From: Desulfurococcales archaeon
GTDB lineage: Archaea; Thermoproteota; Thermoprotei_A; Sulfolobales; Desulfurococcaceae
Reading direction: 5' to 3'
Assembly: GCA_027022365.1 (NCBI GenBank)
Contig: JALVYU010000030.1
Span: 1 to 64,000, forward strand
Length of the DNA stretch: 64,000 nucleotides
This document shows positions 1 to 10,009 of this stretch, piece by piece; position 1 is the stretch's first letter, and every line of letters begins with the position of its first letter. A program made the translations under genes and the position numbers. Below the pieces are notes generated by a model. The model was not told the origin of the DNA and made no database searches. It worked only from the letters and a program-made list of their open reading frames with translations.

Positions 1-678
1 GTATGCTGTGTTGCCTGTCCATACAATCCTGATCAGGCCGGGGAAGGTATCATTGACGGGGTCGTGTGCTTTGCCGTTCTCGTCAACCCATACTACTGGT
101 GCTGGGCCGTGATATAGCACTGGCTTGGTTATACCATCCTTAATGATGTATGTGAAGTACCCTGTTATGTTGTCGGGGTTCACGTATCCTAGTACTCTGT
201 AGAATCTTCCTGCGCAGTGTATGTCGTCGTAGACGCTACCATACTCAACACGGAGTTTTGCACCTATTGCTGCGAGCAAGTCATTTGCTGCCTTCTGGCT
301 GGCCGGACCACCGCCGTAGTCGCTGTCTCCTGCTACCCAGATTGCCTTATTGCCTGATGCCAGCCAATCGCTAATAGCCTTCATCTCATCAGGAGTGAAG
401 CCCGTGGTGGGCTGCCCAATGATATAGATGTCGACATCTTTCAGTTCATCGGCTGTAACGGTACCGTTTATTATTTTCCAGTTTACGAATGTTATGTTGC
501 CCATTATGTAGTCTAGGTACTTATCGCTCTCACCATGAGCAAGATCAACAGCCACTGTGATCTTATGTTCTTCCGGCGGTAGTGTTGTCTGCTGGGAATA
601 TGTTGTGATAGGGCTCATTAGAGGGACCGCCACTCCGATCAAGAACAGTGATAGGAGTATTATGGCTAAGCCTCTCAT
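1..678 (-). CDS. Secreted/surface protein, GldG/DUF4350-like (class I GATase-like fold); runs off the window edge
   Basis: Not in the ORF track. Read by hand from ATG at 678: MRGLAIILLSLFLIGVAVPLMSP...KITVAVDLAHGE...DVDIYIIGQPTTGFTPDEMKAISDWLASGNKAIWVAGDSDY. Signal peptide; frame open to position 1; divergent from the ABC operon. Confidence 0.7.
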   Translation of the reverse strand, partial: MRGLAIILLSLFLIGVAVPLMSPITTYSQQTTLPPEEHKITVAVDLAHGESDKYLDYIMGNITFVNWKIINGTVTADELKDVDIYIIGQPTTGFTPDEMKAISDWLASGNKAIWVAGDSDYGGGPASQKAANDLLAAIGAKLRVEYGSVYDDIHCAGRFYRVLGYVNPDNITGYFTYIIKDGITKPVLYHGPAPVVWVDENGKAHDPVNDTFPGLIRIVWTGNTAY

Positions 679-895
679 GGCTATCGACCATAAGGTTCAC
701 AATACCTAAAACTATTTCTGGGAATTTTCATAGTAGCCCATACCTTATAACTCTAATCATTTAAGCTTCAAGGTCGTCTCAAAGAAAACCTTGTTCCCGT
801 AGAGAAGCGTCATCGTGGTTCAGTGGTTTGATTTAATAATGATACCATATATCTAATACATAACAGTCGAAGTAGTTTAGAATGAGCTATCCCGG

Positions 896-2683
896 GTGAC
901 GGAGATGCTTTCAAGAAAGATTGCCTCCCTACTCCTCGCAATAGCCATAATCTCAGCATCCCTCGCCGCTACAGCGACAATGGCCGCGCAGTTCTATACA
1001 ACAAGCAGTGCCGGATGGCCATGGGGTAACGCCCCTGAGCCGTTCCCCTGGCTGAACTGGTTAGCATCGCTACCTCATAAAACAGGAGTCTCTCTAACCA
1101 TTATTACTAGGCATGAAGCCACTGTAATAAACGAGGCAACAAAGGCGTTTCTAAGTAGCCCCGTTGCGCAGAAGCTAGGAATCAAGAACCTCATCGCTAT
1201 CTATGCGGGCCCCGAACTATGGAAAACCTATATCGAGGAAGCATACAAGGCCAATAGACCCATCGACATAGCCTGGGGCGGTGGACCTACGCTGTTCAAC
1301 TACATCGACCAGTGGGGCTACATCCAGCCATTAGACAACAAGACCTACCCCGAGTTCGACGCCGTACTATATGAGCTGTCAAAGATACCTAAGGAGATAG
1401 CAGGTGCTCCAACATATAAGGTGGGGAAGGACGGCCTAGTACATTGGATCGGAGCAGCTATCAGTAGCTTCGGTATAACGATCAACAAGGATAAACTGAA
1501 GCAGTGGAATGTCCCTGCCCCCATCTACTGGATCAACATGACTAACCCTATCTATGCCAAGTACCTACCCGATGTACAGATGCTAGGTATAGCTGACCCG
1601 ACCAAGAGCACCAGCAACACGAGAATGTATGAGATAATTCTACAGGCGTACGGATGGGATAAGGGATGGCGGGTGCTAACACTAATGGCTGCCAACTCAA
1701 AGATATATGATAGCAGTAGCGCAGTGAGAGACGGTGTAATTAGAGGAGAAATAGCGGCGGGAATCACTATAGATTTCTACGGCTATACCGCAATGCACCA
1801 AAACCCCGCATGTGAATACATCATCCCACCCGGCCAGAGCATCGTGAACGCAGACCCGATCGCAATCCTCAAGGGCACCAGATACCCAGTAGCAGCCGCG
1901 GCCTTCACAGCATGGGTACTGAGCCAGTACGGCGGTCAGCAGGTATGGCTACTGCCCGACATCAACAGGCTACCGATCAACCCACTAACATTCCAGACCC
2001 CTGAAGGGAAGAAGAGGCCTGACCTATACGAGGCATGGAAGAAAGCAACAAGCAGCAAGGTAATCAACTTCAATGAGACGCTGGCAGATAGTACAGAGAG
2101 AGCAATGCAGTTCTACTTCAAGGCAACACTCGTCAACGCACATGACACTCTGCAGAGCGTATGGGCAGCCATAGCCAAAGCCTACCTTAACCACAAGATC
2201 AACAAGGAGCAGTTCGAGAAGCTCGTAGGCATACTGACGGCTCCATTCCCGTTCAAAGACCCGACAACTGGCAAAATGGTAACATTCACGACAAAATACG
2301 CGATCTACATTAACCCGAAGCTATCAAGCGGTTCAATCTACCAGGCATTGATGAATGAGTGGGAGAAAGGAGCACGTATGAGATACCAGTTCGCGTACCA
2401 GGCACTACAGGACGTACTCGCAGGTAAACCGATACCCACACCGCCATGGCAGACAAGCACGCAGACAACAACAACTACGACAACAACGAGCCCGGCAACC
2501 AGCCCAACAACCACTACGCCACAATCACCGACTACTACATCACCGACACAGACCACCACAACACCTTCACAGACAACAACAACTACGACAAGTGGTGGTA
2601 TAAGCGCTGGTGAGATCGTGGCCATAGTAGTGGCGATAATCATAATTGTCGCGATAGTAGCCTATTACGCTAAGAGGAAGTAA
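896..2683 (+). CDS. ABC substrate-binding protein, Fe3+/thiamine (AfuA/FbpA-like) class, C-terminally membrane anchored
   Basis: Signal peptide, DIAWGGG, ADPTKSTS, ADPIAILKG motifs; Thr-rich linker, TM helix and KRK tail; upstream of permease and ATPase. Confidence 0.85.
   Translation: MTEMLSRKIASLLLAIAIISASLAATATMAAQFYTTSSAGWPWGNAPEPFPWLNWLASLPHKTGVSLTIITRHEATVINEATKAFLSSPVAQKLGIKNLIAIYAGPELWKTYIEEAYKANRPIDIAWGGGPTLFNYIDQWGYIQPLDNKTYPEFDAVLYELSKIPKEIAGAPTYKVGKDGLVHWIGAAISSFGITINKDKLKQWNVPAPIYWINMTNPIYAKYLPDVQMLGIADPTKSTSNTRMYEIILQAYGWDKGWRVLTLMAANSKIYDSSSAVRDGVIRGEIAAGITIDFYGYTAMHQNPACEYIIPPGQSIVNADPIAILKGTRYPVAAAAFTAWVLSQYGGQQVWLLPDINRLPINPLTFQTPEGKKRPDLYEAWKKATSSKVINFNETLADSTERAMQFYFKATLVNAHDTLQSVWAAIAKAYLNHKINKEQFEKLVGILTAPFPFKDPTTGKMVTFTTKYAIYINPKLSSGSIYQALMNEWEKGARMRYQFAYQALQDVLAGKPIPTPPWQTSTQTTTTTTTTSPATSPTTTTPQSPTTTSPTQTTTTPSQTTTTTTSGGISAGEIVAIVVAIIIIVAIVAYYAKRK
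2450..2592 (+). repeat. Low-complexity Thr/Ser/Pro linker (ACN-codon repeats) in the SBP
   Basis: Encodes QTSTQTTTTTTTTSPATSPTTTTPQSPTTT...; typical linker of crenarchaeal surface proteins. Confidence 0.8.
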
Positions 2684-2812
2684 GGCTTAGTTATACCTCA
2701 AATAGTTTACCAAATAATTTTTTAATCGATTCAATCAATTCTCAAATAGGCCAAACTAAGATTGGAATAAGGAATTTAATCCCGTAGCCCAACATAATTT
2801 ACAAAAGCCATT

Positions 2813-5038
2813 GTGGCGGGGATGCCATTGCAAGAACGCTTGTTTGGCGTTAAAGACACGTTTATAGCTGGCGCCATAGTAGCGTTCTTCTACTTGTTAT
2901 TCACCCAGGAGCTAGGATACCTGACAGGGTATGCCGAGATATTGTGGTGGTTAGTAGCCATACTATGGGCTGCAGTACTGTTCAAGAAGGGTTTCGATTA
3001 CTACCGAATAATGAATAGTTTTGGTCTATCCTTCCTAGTAATAATAGGATTTATATTCGTCTTCTTCGACCTAGCGCTGAAGTTCGAGGGAATACCCAGA
3101 GCTATAGCGTTGTTCCTAATACCCCTAATGACGGTTGCCGTTCTAGGATATATCCATGACAAAATAACGACCGCTAGGGAGCTGAGGCGACGTAGGAAGA
3201 TAAAAGTACCCGTCAATAAGAGGGTTAAGACGACACTCTACAAGCTCGACCCAATAATGATAGTGTTCATTGTGGTAGGCTTCAGCATTCTGATAACATT
3301 CTTGTTAGTCCCAGTATTCATGATGCTATTTAACAGCTTTGTAGTTCCACCTGGTGAGCCGTTCTACTATAATTTTGTATACATATTTAACAATCCACCA
3401 TATGTAAAGCATATGTTACTACCCGGCGAGGCTTCATGGTATGCTGTGATACCTAGTGGTAATACAAGTATTATAATCTTTAAAGGAATTAATTACGGAA
3501 TAGTTGTTAACAGCTTGATCAACTCGACAATAGTTACGACGGTAGCAACGTTTCTCGGCATACTCGTTGCATTCGTGCTGGCAAGATATGATTTCCCCGG
3601 CAAGACGTTCTTTAGAGTATTAGCTATGGTTCCATTGTTCATAACACCTTTCGTGAACGCTTATGTTGTAAGAATATTGTTCGGTCCCCAGGGCCCGATA
3701 TCGATGCTGACCCAGGCGTTGTTCGGGTACCAGATCGAGATCAAGGATCTGGCCGGTATTGCGATGGCACAGATAATGGCTTTCTACCCTATAGTCTATC
3801 TTAACGCCTTCTCTAGCTTCATAAGCATCGATCCAAGTATGGAGGAGCAGGCGGAGAACCTAGGCAGCAAAGGGGCTAAGCTATTCTTCACGGTCACACT
3901 ACCATTGGCACTGCCCGGCATCATCGCCGGGAGCATACTTGTCTTTATATTCAGCCTCGAAGACCTGGGCGCCCCTATAGTGTTCCAGTACCCATGGGTT
4001 ATGAGCTACCAGATATACAGTAGCTTTACCTCAGAGACAGGAATAGTCTCGCCCCAGATAGCAGCCCTAGGATTCATAATGCTATTCATTGCAGTCCTAG
4101 CATTCCTTGCCGTACGTAGCTTCGTCAGCATGAGATCATATGCTATGATAAGCCGTGGAGGCCGCTGGAAACCACGCGTCAGGAAGCTTGGCTGGAAAGG
4201 ACTACTATTCGTATACCTGGTAATGCTACCACTCATAATCTTCACGGCAATGCCACAAATAGGCGTCATCCTCCTAGCCTTCAACATCATACCGCCCTAC
4301 GGCTTCAAGATACAGCTCGACAAGGCCACAGCCAAGTACTTCATAGGAATATTCACTAACCCGACATACTTCCAGTACATCAGGAACACGCTGACCTACG
4401 CGGCAATGGCAGTTGTCCTCGCAACGATCATATCGATAATCATAGCCTATAGTGTCAGCAGGACTAAGATAAGGGTTATAACACCGATCATGGACACACT
4501 GGCCACAATCCCACTAGCAATACCGGGACTCGTCATTGCACTTGGATACTTCTACTTCTTCTCAACGTTCTTCCGCGGAACACCGCTGGATCCTACATCT
4601 GTGACGACCTTCCAGGCATGGATAGTGCTGGTTATAGCTTATACCATACGTAAACTACCATTCGTTGTCAGGTCGGTGTACGCTGGGTTCCAGCAGGTGC
4701 ACGAGGCGCTCGAAGAGGCGTCACTGAACCTAGGTGCCAGTAGGACGAAGACAATATTCAGAATAGTATTGCCGATGATTACGACATACATTATAAGCGG
4801 TATCATTGTAGGCTTCATATACATCACGACAGAGGTCAGCACCAGTATCACGATAGGCGGACTAAACCCAGCACAGGCTCCAATGACATTCATAATGAAG
4901 AACATCTACTATGGAGGGACAGTATACGGTGTACAGTACGTGGCATCAATGGGTGTGCTACTGATACTATTCCAGTTGATAGCAGTGTTGATAATCACGG
5001 TAGTGCTAAAGCAGAGGTATGCATTCATAGGTGTCTAA
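2813..5038 (+). CDS. ABC permease, FbpB/ThiP-type (duplicated TMD) with N-terminal extra TM segments
   Basis: Two EAA loops (MEEQAENLGS, LEEASLNLGA); many TM helices. Confidence 0.9.
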   Translation: MAGMPLQERLFGVKDTFIAGAIVAFFYLLFTQELGYLTGYAEILWWLVAILWAAVLFKKGFDYYRIMNSFGLSFLVIIGFIFVFFDLALKFEGIPRAIALFLIPLMTVAVLGYIHDKITTARELRRRRKIKVPVNKRVKTTLYKLDPIMIVFIVVGFSILITFLLVPVFMMLFNSFVVPPGEPFYYNFVYIFNNPPYVKHMLLPGEASWYAVIPSGNTSIIIFKGINYGIVVNSLINSTIVTTVATFLGILVAFVLARYDFPGKTFFRVLAMVPLFITPFVNAYVVRILFGPQGPISMLTQALFGYQIEIKDLAGIAMAQIMAFYPIVYLNAFSSFISIDPSMEEQAENLGSKGAKLFFTVTLPLALPGIIAGSILVFIFSLEDLGAPIVFQYPWVMSYQIYSSFTSETGIVSPQIAALGFIMLFIAVLAFLAVRSFVSMRSYAMISRGGRWKPRVRKLGWKGLLFVYLVMLPLIIFTAMPQIGVILLAFNIIPPYGFKIQLDKATAKYFIGIFTNPTYFQYIRNTLTYAAMAVVLATIISIIIAYSVSRTKIRVITPIMDTLATIPLAIPGLVIALGYFYFFSTFFRGTPLDPTSVTTFQAWIVLVIAYTIRKLPFVVRSVYAGFQQVHEALEEASLNLGASRTKTIFRIVLPMITTYIISGIIVGFIYITTEVSTSITIGGLNPAQAPMTFIMKNIYYGGTVYGVQYVASMGVLLILFQLIAVLIITVVLKQRYAFIGV

Positions 5039-5099
5039 TCATGATTTCTTCCCTTAATCCTCTTGAAAGAAACACATTTCCCTGGGATGGTGATATGAT

Positions 5100-6182
5100 T
5101 TGACCAGAGTCAGACTCGAAAATATAACCAAAGTTTACGGATCAGTTGTTGCAGTAGATAGAGTAACGCTAGAGATCGAGAGCGGAGAATTATTCACACT
5201 ACTAGGGCCTTCGGGATGCGGTAAGACAACAACGCTCAGAATAATCGCTGGCTTCGAGGTGCCGGAGGAGGGCAAGATCTACTTCGACGACGAGGATGTC
5301 ACTTTCCTGAAACCATATAAGCGCAACACCGCCATGGTGTTCCAAAACTATGCGTTATGGCCCCACATGACTGTGTTCGATAACATAGCATACGGACTTA
5401 GGATCAGGAAACTACCACCCGAAGAGATAAGGAGAAGGGTTAAATGGGCCCTCGAGCTTGTTAAGCTGGAAGGACTGGAGAACAGGTACCCGCTACAATT
5501 GTCGGGTGGCCAGCAACAGAGAGTCGCACTCGCCAGGGCACTTGTGGTCGAGCCACGAGTACTATTGTTGGACGAGCCGCTCTCTAACCTCGACGCTAAG
5601 CTAAGGATAGAGATGAGAGAAGAGATCAAGAAGCTACAGAGGAAACTAGGCATTACAACAGTCTACGTAACACATGACCAGCTAGAAGCTATGAGCATAA
5701 GTGACCGGATCGCCGTGATGAATAAAGGCAAAGTTCTACAGTATGGACCGCCACGCCAGGTATACTTCCGGCCGACAAATCTCTTCGTTGCCGACTTCCT
5801 TGGACGTAGCAATATCCTCTATGGTAAGGCAGGCAAACAGCATGACGGCTACATAGACGTATACTTACCTGATCTAGATGCCACATTGACAGGTGTTCCA
5901 GTAAAAGAGATAACAAGCCGCGATGTAGCCGTTGTAATACGCCCCGAGATAGCAAGGCTCGTCGAGAAACACGAGGCAGTTGAGAACAAGCTTGTCGGCA
6001 GAATAGATCTCGCGATGTTCCTCGGCGATAAGGTTGAACTGAGAGTAGGCATTGGTAAATCAAGTCTTATAATATATATGAGCAATCTCTACGAGCCCAC
6101 CCTAGGCTCGGAAATCACATTCTATCTGCCGAAAGACAGTTTGATCGTACTGCCTGCAGAGAAGCCCCTCAATAAAGAGTGA
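5100..6182 (+). CDS. ABC ATPase, FbpC/PotA-type with C-terminal TOBE domain
   Basis: Walker A GPSGCGKT, LSGGQQQ signature, LLLDEP Walker B, THD H-loop. Confidence 0.93.
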   Translation: MTRVRLENITKVYGSVVAVDRVTLEIESGELFTLLGPSGCGKTTTLRIIAGFEVPEEGKIYFDDEDVTFLKPYKRNTAMVFQNYALWPHMTVFDNIAYGLRIRKLPPEEIRRRVKWALELVKLEGLENRYPLQLSGGQQQRVALARALVVEPRVLLLDEPLSNLDAKLRIEMREEIKKLQRKLGITTVYVTHDQLEAMSISDRIAVMNKGKVLQYGPPRQVYFRPTNLFVADFLGRSNILYGKAGKQHDGYIDVYLPDLDATLTGVPVKEITSRDVAVVIRPEIARLVEKHEAVENKLVGRIDLAMFLGDKVELRVGIGKSSLIIYMSNLYEPTLGSEITFYLPKDSLIVLPAEKPLNKE

Positions 6183-6325
6183 GATAATAAGTATTTTTGA
6201 AATAATTAATACAAAAACAACCCATATTTTTTCTGTTATTAACAATATATACAGGCATGTAAATGAACACAAGTATATTGATTACAAACATATCCTAACC
6301 CTTAAATCACCTAAAGAACAATAAT

Positions 6326-6392
6326 GGAATGGATGAGGTGCCTCCTCGCGCCTGACCGTGGGGGATGAGGAGACGGGTGAGCTCACCGATCG
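6326..6392 (+). ncRNA. Candidate box C/D-type (K-turn/K-loop) small RNA
   Basis: GC-rich island in an AT-rich gap: C-like TGGATGA 6330-36, D' CTGA 6352-55, C' GGGATGA 6362-68, D-like CCGA 6386-89; TATA-like CTTAAA at 6301-06. Confidence 0.55.
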
Positions 6393-6565
6393 AATCTATA
6401 TGTATAAATAGGTAATGCAATACATAGGTTTTACAGTCCCACTAACATTTTCCGTAGAAAAAACTATAGTATTTCATAATATATCTTACATATTCCTCTA
6501 TATATCCTGGGAGAGATAATGTAATATATCACTAGCTATCATAAACTGATTTTCAGGGGATAAAA

Positions 6566-7042
6566 GTGGGAGACTGGAAGAACAGTATCGTGATAAACGG
6601 CAGGACGAGGATCGTATATGAGTACGTCTATGAGACGCCAAACAAGATATCAATACTATATCATAACAGGATAAGTGGTAATTGGCGTAGATACGTGTTG
6701 GAGCTCCATGATGGCATAATCCACGCCGAGGACCTGGAGGAGGCGCTTGAGCTTTCCAAGTACCTCTACAAAATAGTGTCAGAACGCGCATCAATACCGA
6801 ATCTGCCAGTGTACGCCCTACTGATAACTCTCTCGAGAAGAATAAAGGGCCTAGCCTTCAACTGTAAGTCAAGAAAGGAGCTATGTCCGCTAAGGATCTA
6901 TAGGTTTGACAGAGACGGTGTTCGGAGAGAGCTCAGCGTCTCTAGCATGATCGAGCAGATGTATAGGATATCGAGAAAATACGGACTCGCAATAGTCATA
7001 AGGACAAAGCACAGACAAGTCGTTACTTCGCCCGCAGTCTAA
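6566..7042 (+). CDS. Hypothetical basic protein
   Basis: 158-aa ORF with host-like composition; no motif recognised. Confidence 0.6.
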   Translation: MGDWKNSIVINGRTRIVYEYVYETPNKISILYHNRISGNWRRYVLELHDGIIHAEDLEEALELSKYLYKIVSERASIPNLPVYALLITLSRRIKGLAFNCKSRKELCPLRIYRFDRDGVRRELSVSSMIEQMYRISRKYGLAIVIRTKHRQVVTSPAV

Positions 7043-7769
7043 GGATCTCCTTGCCGATCTTTTCCAAGACATCAAACATCTTCTTTCTCTTCTTTATTTT
7101 CTCACAAGGAGAATAATCATGTATCTCCCTGCATCTCTCATAGAGCTCGCTCAAGAAAACAGAGACATTACTATATATTCTCTCCAGACTACTAGGCTCT
7201 TTAATGGTGTTCATGGCCTGCACAAGGATCTCCTCGATGAGATCTGCTAGGCTGAAGAGTAATTCCTCATTGACGAGATAAGAATGTGGAGCTAGTTCGA
7301 CGAAGCCTGTAAGTGCCTCGCTTGCCGCTTGTGAATCAATTATACCACTTTGTATCAACATGTTTATTAGGTCTGCCAATTTATCCGGTGGAAACGAGAG
7401 TATTGTTGAATAAAGCATTGTCTTGTAGAGCTCGTCGAGGTTGACACTCTTGGGCTTCGCTGATAAAGTGCTTAAAACTAGTCTCGAAGCATCATAGTAC
7501 TTCTCCATAAAACCTAGTAACTCCACTACTAGTGCAATACCATAGAGACGCCATAGCCCCTCATCAATATGTTCGATCTCCTTCTTAACGATCTTAAGCA
7601 GATCTTCTAACACTTCGGGATTAGCCCGGAGTTTTTCAACAATACTGTTGATAAGAGAAGAATCACTGGTCCTAAAGATCTGTTTTAACGATTCATATAT
7701 GTCTTCGAAGCTCCTCGTCTTTATAGAGTCAATGAGTTTTTCTTCTATTATCTTCATATTCTGAGCCAT
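7023..7769 (-). CDS. Hypothetical all-alpha protein
   Basis: Amphipathic-helix-rich ORF; the track starts at 7805 but ATG 7769 (MAQNMK) avoids overlap with the upstream gene. Confidence 0.6.
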   Translation of the reverse strand: MAQNMKIIEEKLIDSIKTRSFEDIYESLKQIFRTSDSSLINSIVEKLRANPEVLEDLLKIVKKEIEHIDEGLWRLYGIALVVELLGFMEKYYDASRLVLSTLSAKPKSVNLDELYKTMLYSTILSFPPDKLADLINMLIQSGIIDSQAASEALTGFVELAPHSYLVNEELLFSLADLIEEILVQAMNTIKEPSSLERIYSNVSVFLSELYERCREIHDYSPCEKIKKRKKMFDVLEKIGKEILRLRAK

Positions 7770-7788
7770 AATCCTTGATCCTCTACCG

Positions 7789-8430
7789 CTATTTTTCCTG
7801 CTCAATACACGCTCTTAAGTCGATGTTGTATGATATTGAAGCTTTCGTTGAACTGGTCTTTATCCATCCATATAGATACACTTTGTAGTTACCATATTCG
7901 CTCGGATCAGTTATATTGATATACGCTATTGTCGGCCTATGATGTAATATCCCGTAAGTGAGTTGTTCTCCTGTATTGGTGTTTACTAGAACGAGTTCTA
8001 ACATGTAATCTGATATCCCTTCCATAGACATATTAATTATCATGACGAACCTCCTGTATGGCTGGATAAGCGTTAAACCATTTATGAAGTAGCCTGGATA
8101 CTTGAGGGCACCAAATAATGCGTAGAGATCCGTGCCGTTATAGAGTTTTAGGCCTGCATCGCAGAAAACATAGTATTTTCCGGTCTCTAGATCGTTAAAG
8201 TTCAACTTATCAGAGAGGTACATTAGGTGCCTAGAGCTCGCCATGGCTCTCTTGAGGTCTGGCTCAAATATCTTATTGATGGCTTTCGTGAAGGGTTCGG
8301 GGCTTGTCGTTGTTTTGACAAGGTTTTCGCCGTATTTTCTACCCATATAGAACGATGTTGCGGCTACTCCCAATAATATGACCGCAAATATTATGATTAT
8401 TATAAATGATCTTTTCTCCATTTCTGTCAC
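7789..8430 (-). CDS. Hypothetical N-terminally anchored extracellular protein
   Basis: Basic N-terminus and hydrophobic helix (FIIIIIFAVILLGVAA), then a beta-rich domain. Confidence 0.65.
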   Translation of the reverse strand: MTEMEKRSFIIIIIFAVILLGVAATSFYMGRKYGENLVKTTTSPEPFTKAINKIFEPDLKRAMASSRHLMYLSDKLNFNDLETGKYYVFCDAGLKLYNGTDLYALFGALKYPGYFINGLTLIQPYRRFVMIINMSMEGISDYMLELVLVNTNTGEQLTYGILHHRPTIAYINITDPSEYGNYKVYLYGWIKTSSTKASISYNIDLRACIEQEK

Positions 8431-8596
8431 CGTCTTCTAATTAGTTAAAAATGGGTATGGCTGGTTATAATCATTAATTCTGTACAATTCTTTTGGACAC
8501 ATTATTTCTAGAGAGCATCATCTGATCATGGAAAAGAGTTTATTTATTCTGGCCGAGAAAAGACAATTTAAGCACTATTGTTCCCGGTGGTAGTGA

Positions 8597-9895
8597 TTGA
8601 AGGCTATAGCTAGATCTGCCTTAGCCATAATAGTCGTAGCCATTATAATTATAGCAGGTCTCGCCATATACTTCGCATCAACACAGCAAAGAGGAACAAC
8701 ACCTACAACAACTACGCCGTCACCAACCACAACAGCCACCCAGACCACAGCGACGACAACAACGACTACGACAGCGGCTGTAAAGAAAGTTAATGTGGCA
8801 GTAGTTTTCGACGTCGGTGGAAGAGGAGATCTCAGCTTCAATGACATGGCATACCTCGGAGCGGTGAGGGCAGAGAAAGAACTGGGGGCACATATAGAGT
8901 TCATCACGCCTAGAAGCACCGCTGATATGCAACCATTGCTCGAGCAGCTCAGCAAGAGTGGAAAATACGACTTAATAGTGCTGATCGGGTTCCTATGGAC
9001 CGATCCTCTTAACAAGACCGCTGATAAGTTCCCTAACCAGAAGTACGCGCTGATAGACTCGACAACAGGTGTTGTCAGGAAGAACGAAGTGGACATACTG
9101 TTCCGCGAGCAGGAGTGTGCGGCACTCGTAGGAATACTAGCATCTGCCATGGCCCTAAAACTCGGAGGTAATACTGTCGCAGCATTAGCTGGCATGGATA
9201 TACCGCCTCTATGGAAGTTCCACATAGGCTATCTCTTCGGTGTCAAGTACTTCGAGAAAGAAACAGGGAAGAAGATTAACTTCCTATGGCAGTACACTGG
9301 AACCTTCACTGACACCCAGAAAGGCTATACTGTTGGTATGCAGCTGATTCAGCAAGGCGCTAGGGTGATCTATGGACTGGCGGGCCTGACTCACCTGGGA
9401 ATGTTCAATGCTGTCAAGGACTGGGACAAGCAACACCCAGATCATATAGTACTTGCCATCGGACAAGACGCTAGCCAGGAATGGATCGATCCATACCACA
9501 TACCTATAAGCGGTGCTAAGCGTGTTGACGTCGCAGTATTCACCGCGATCAAGATGGTCGCTACAGACAACTGGAAGCCAGGCATAGTAACCCTGGGACT
9601 CAAGGAGGGAGGTGTAGGCATCTGGGATCTTAACGGTGTGAGGTACTTCGCTGAGCTAGCTTACAAGGAGCACAAGACCAGCCTAACGCCCGATGAGATC
9701 GTCAAGATAGTGAATGAGACAAGGCACAAGTATATACCCGAGTATGCATGGCAGCTAGTCGACAAGCTCAAACAGATGATCATAAGTGGACAGATAGCGT
9801 TCAAGACACCGACAACGCATGACGAGTACCAGAAGATCATACAGGAGCTACAGAATGGGAACCTCGACGCAGCCCTCGAAAAGGGCCACATATAG
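8597..9895 (+). CDS. BMP-family ABC substrate-binding protein (nucleoside/purine)
   Basis: DVGGRGDLSFNDMAY, AIGQD, GAKRVDVAV, LGLKEGGVG motifs; N-terminal TM anchor and Thr-rich linker. Confidence 0.9.
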   Translation: MKAIARSALAIIVVAIIIIAGLAIYFASTQQRGTTPTTTTPSPTTTATQTTATTTTTTTAAVKKVNVAVVFDVGGRGDLSFNDMAYLGAVRAEKELGAHIEFITPRSTADMQPLLEQLSKSGKYDLIVLIGFLWTDPLNKTADKFPNQKYALIDSTTGVVRKNEVDILFREQECAALVGILASAMALKLGGNTVAALAGMDIPPLWKFHIGYLFGVKYFEKETGKKINFLWQYTGTFTDTQKGYTVGMQLIQQGARVIYGLAGLTHLGMFNAVKDWDKQHPDHIVLAIGQDASQEWIDPYHIPISGAKRVDVAVFTAIKMVATDNWKPGIVTLGLKEGGVGIWDLNGVRYFAELAYKEHKTSLTPDEIVKIVNETRHKYIPEYAWQLVDKLKQMIISGQIAFKTPTTHDEYQKIIQELQNGNLDAALEKGHI

Positions 9896-10009
9896 CCAGG
9901 CTAGAAAGGATCTTCTTCCAAAACATAAACATTATTTTTATTCTCATCCGCTTATTTATTTATACTAAACCAAGACCGCTCTTTACAGAAATATAGGTGG
10001 TCGCTCTCA

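Noticed and set aside
2338-2643. Val-rich antisense ORFs (also 8575-9225) and ACA/ACC tandem-like repeats
   Set aside because: Shadows of Thr-rich linkers in real SBP genes; no constant repeat-spacer period, so not CRISPR.
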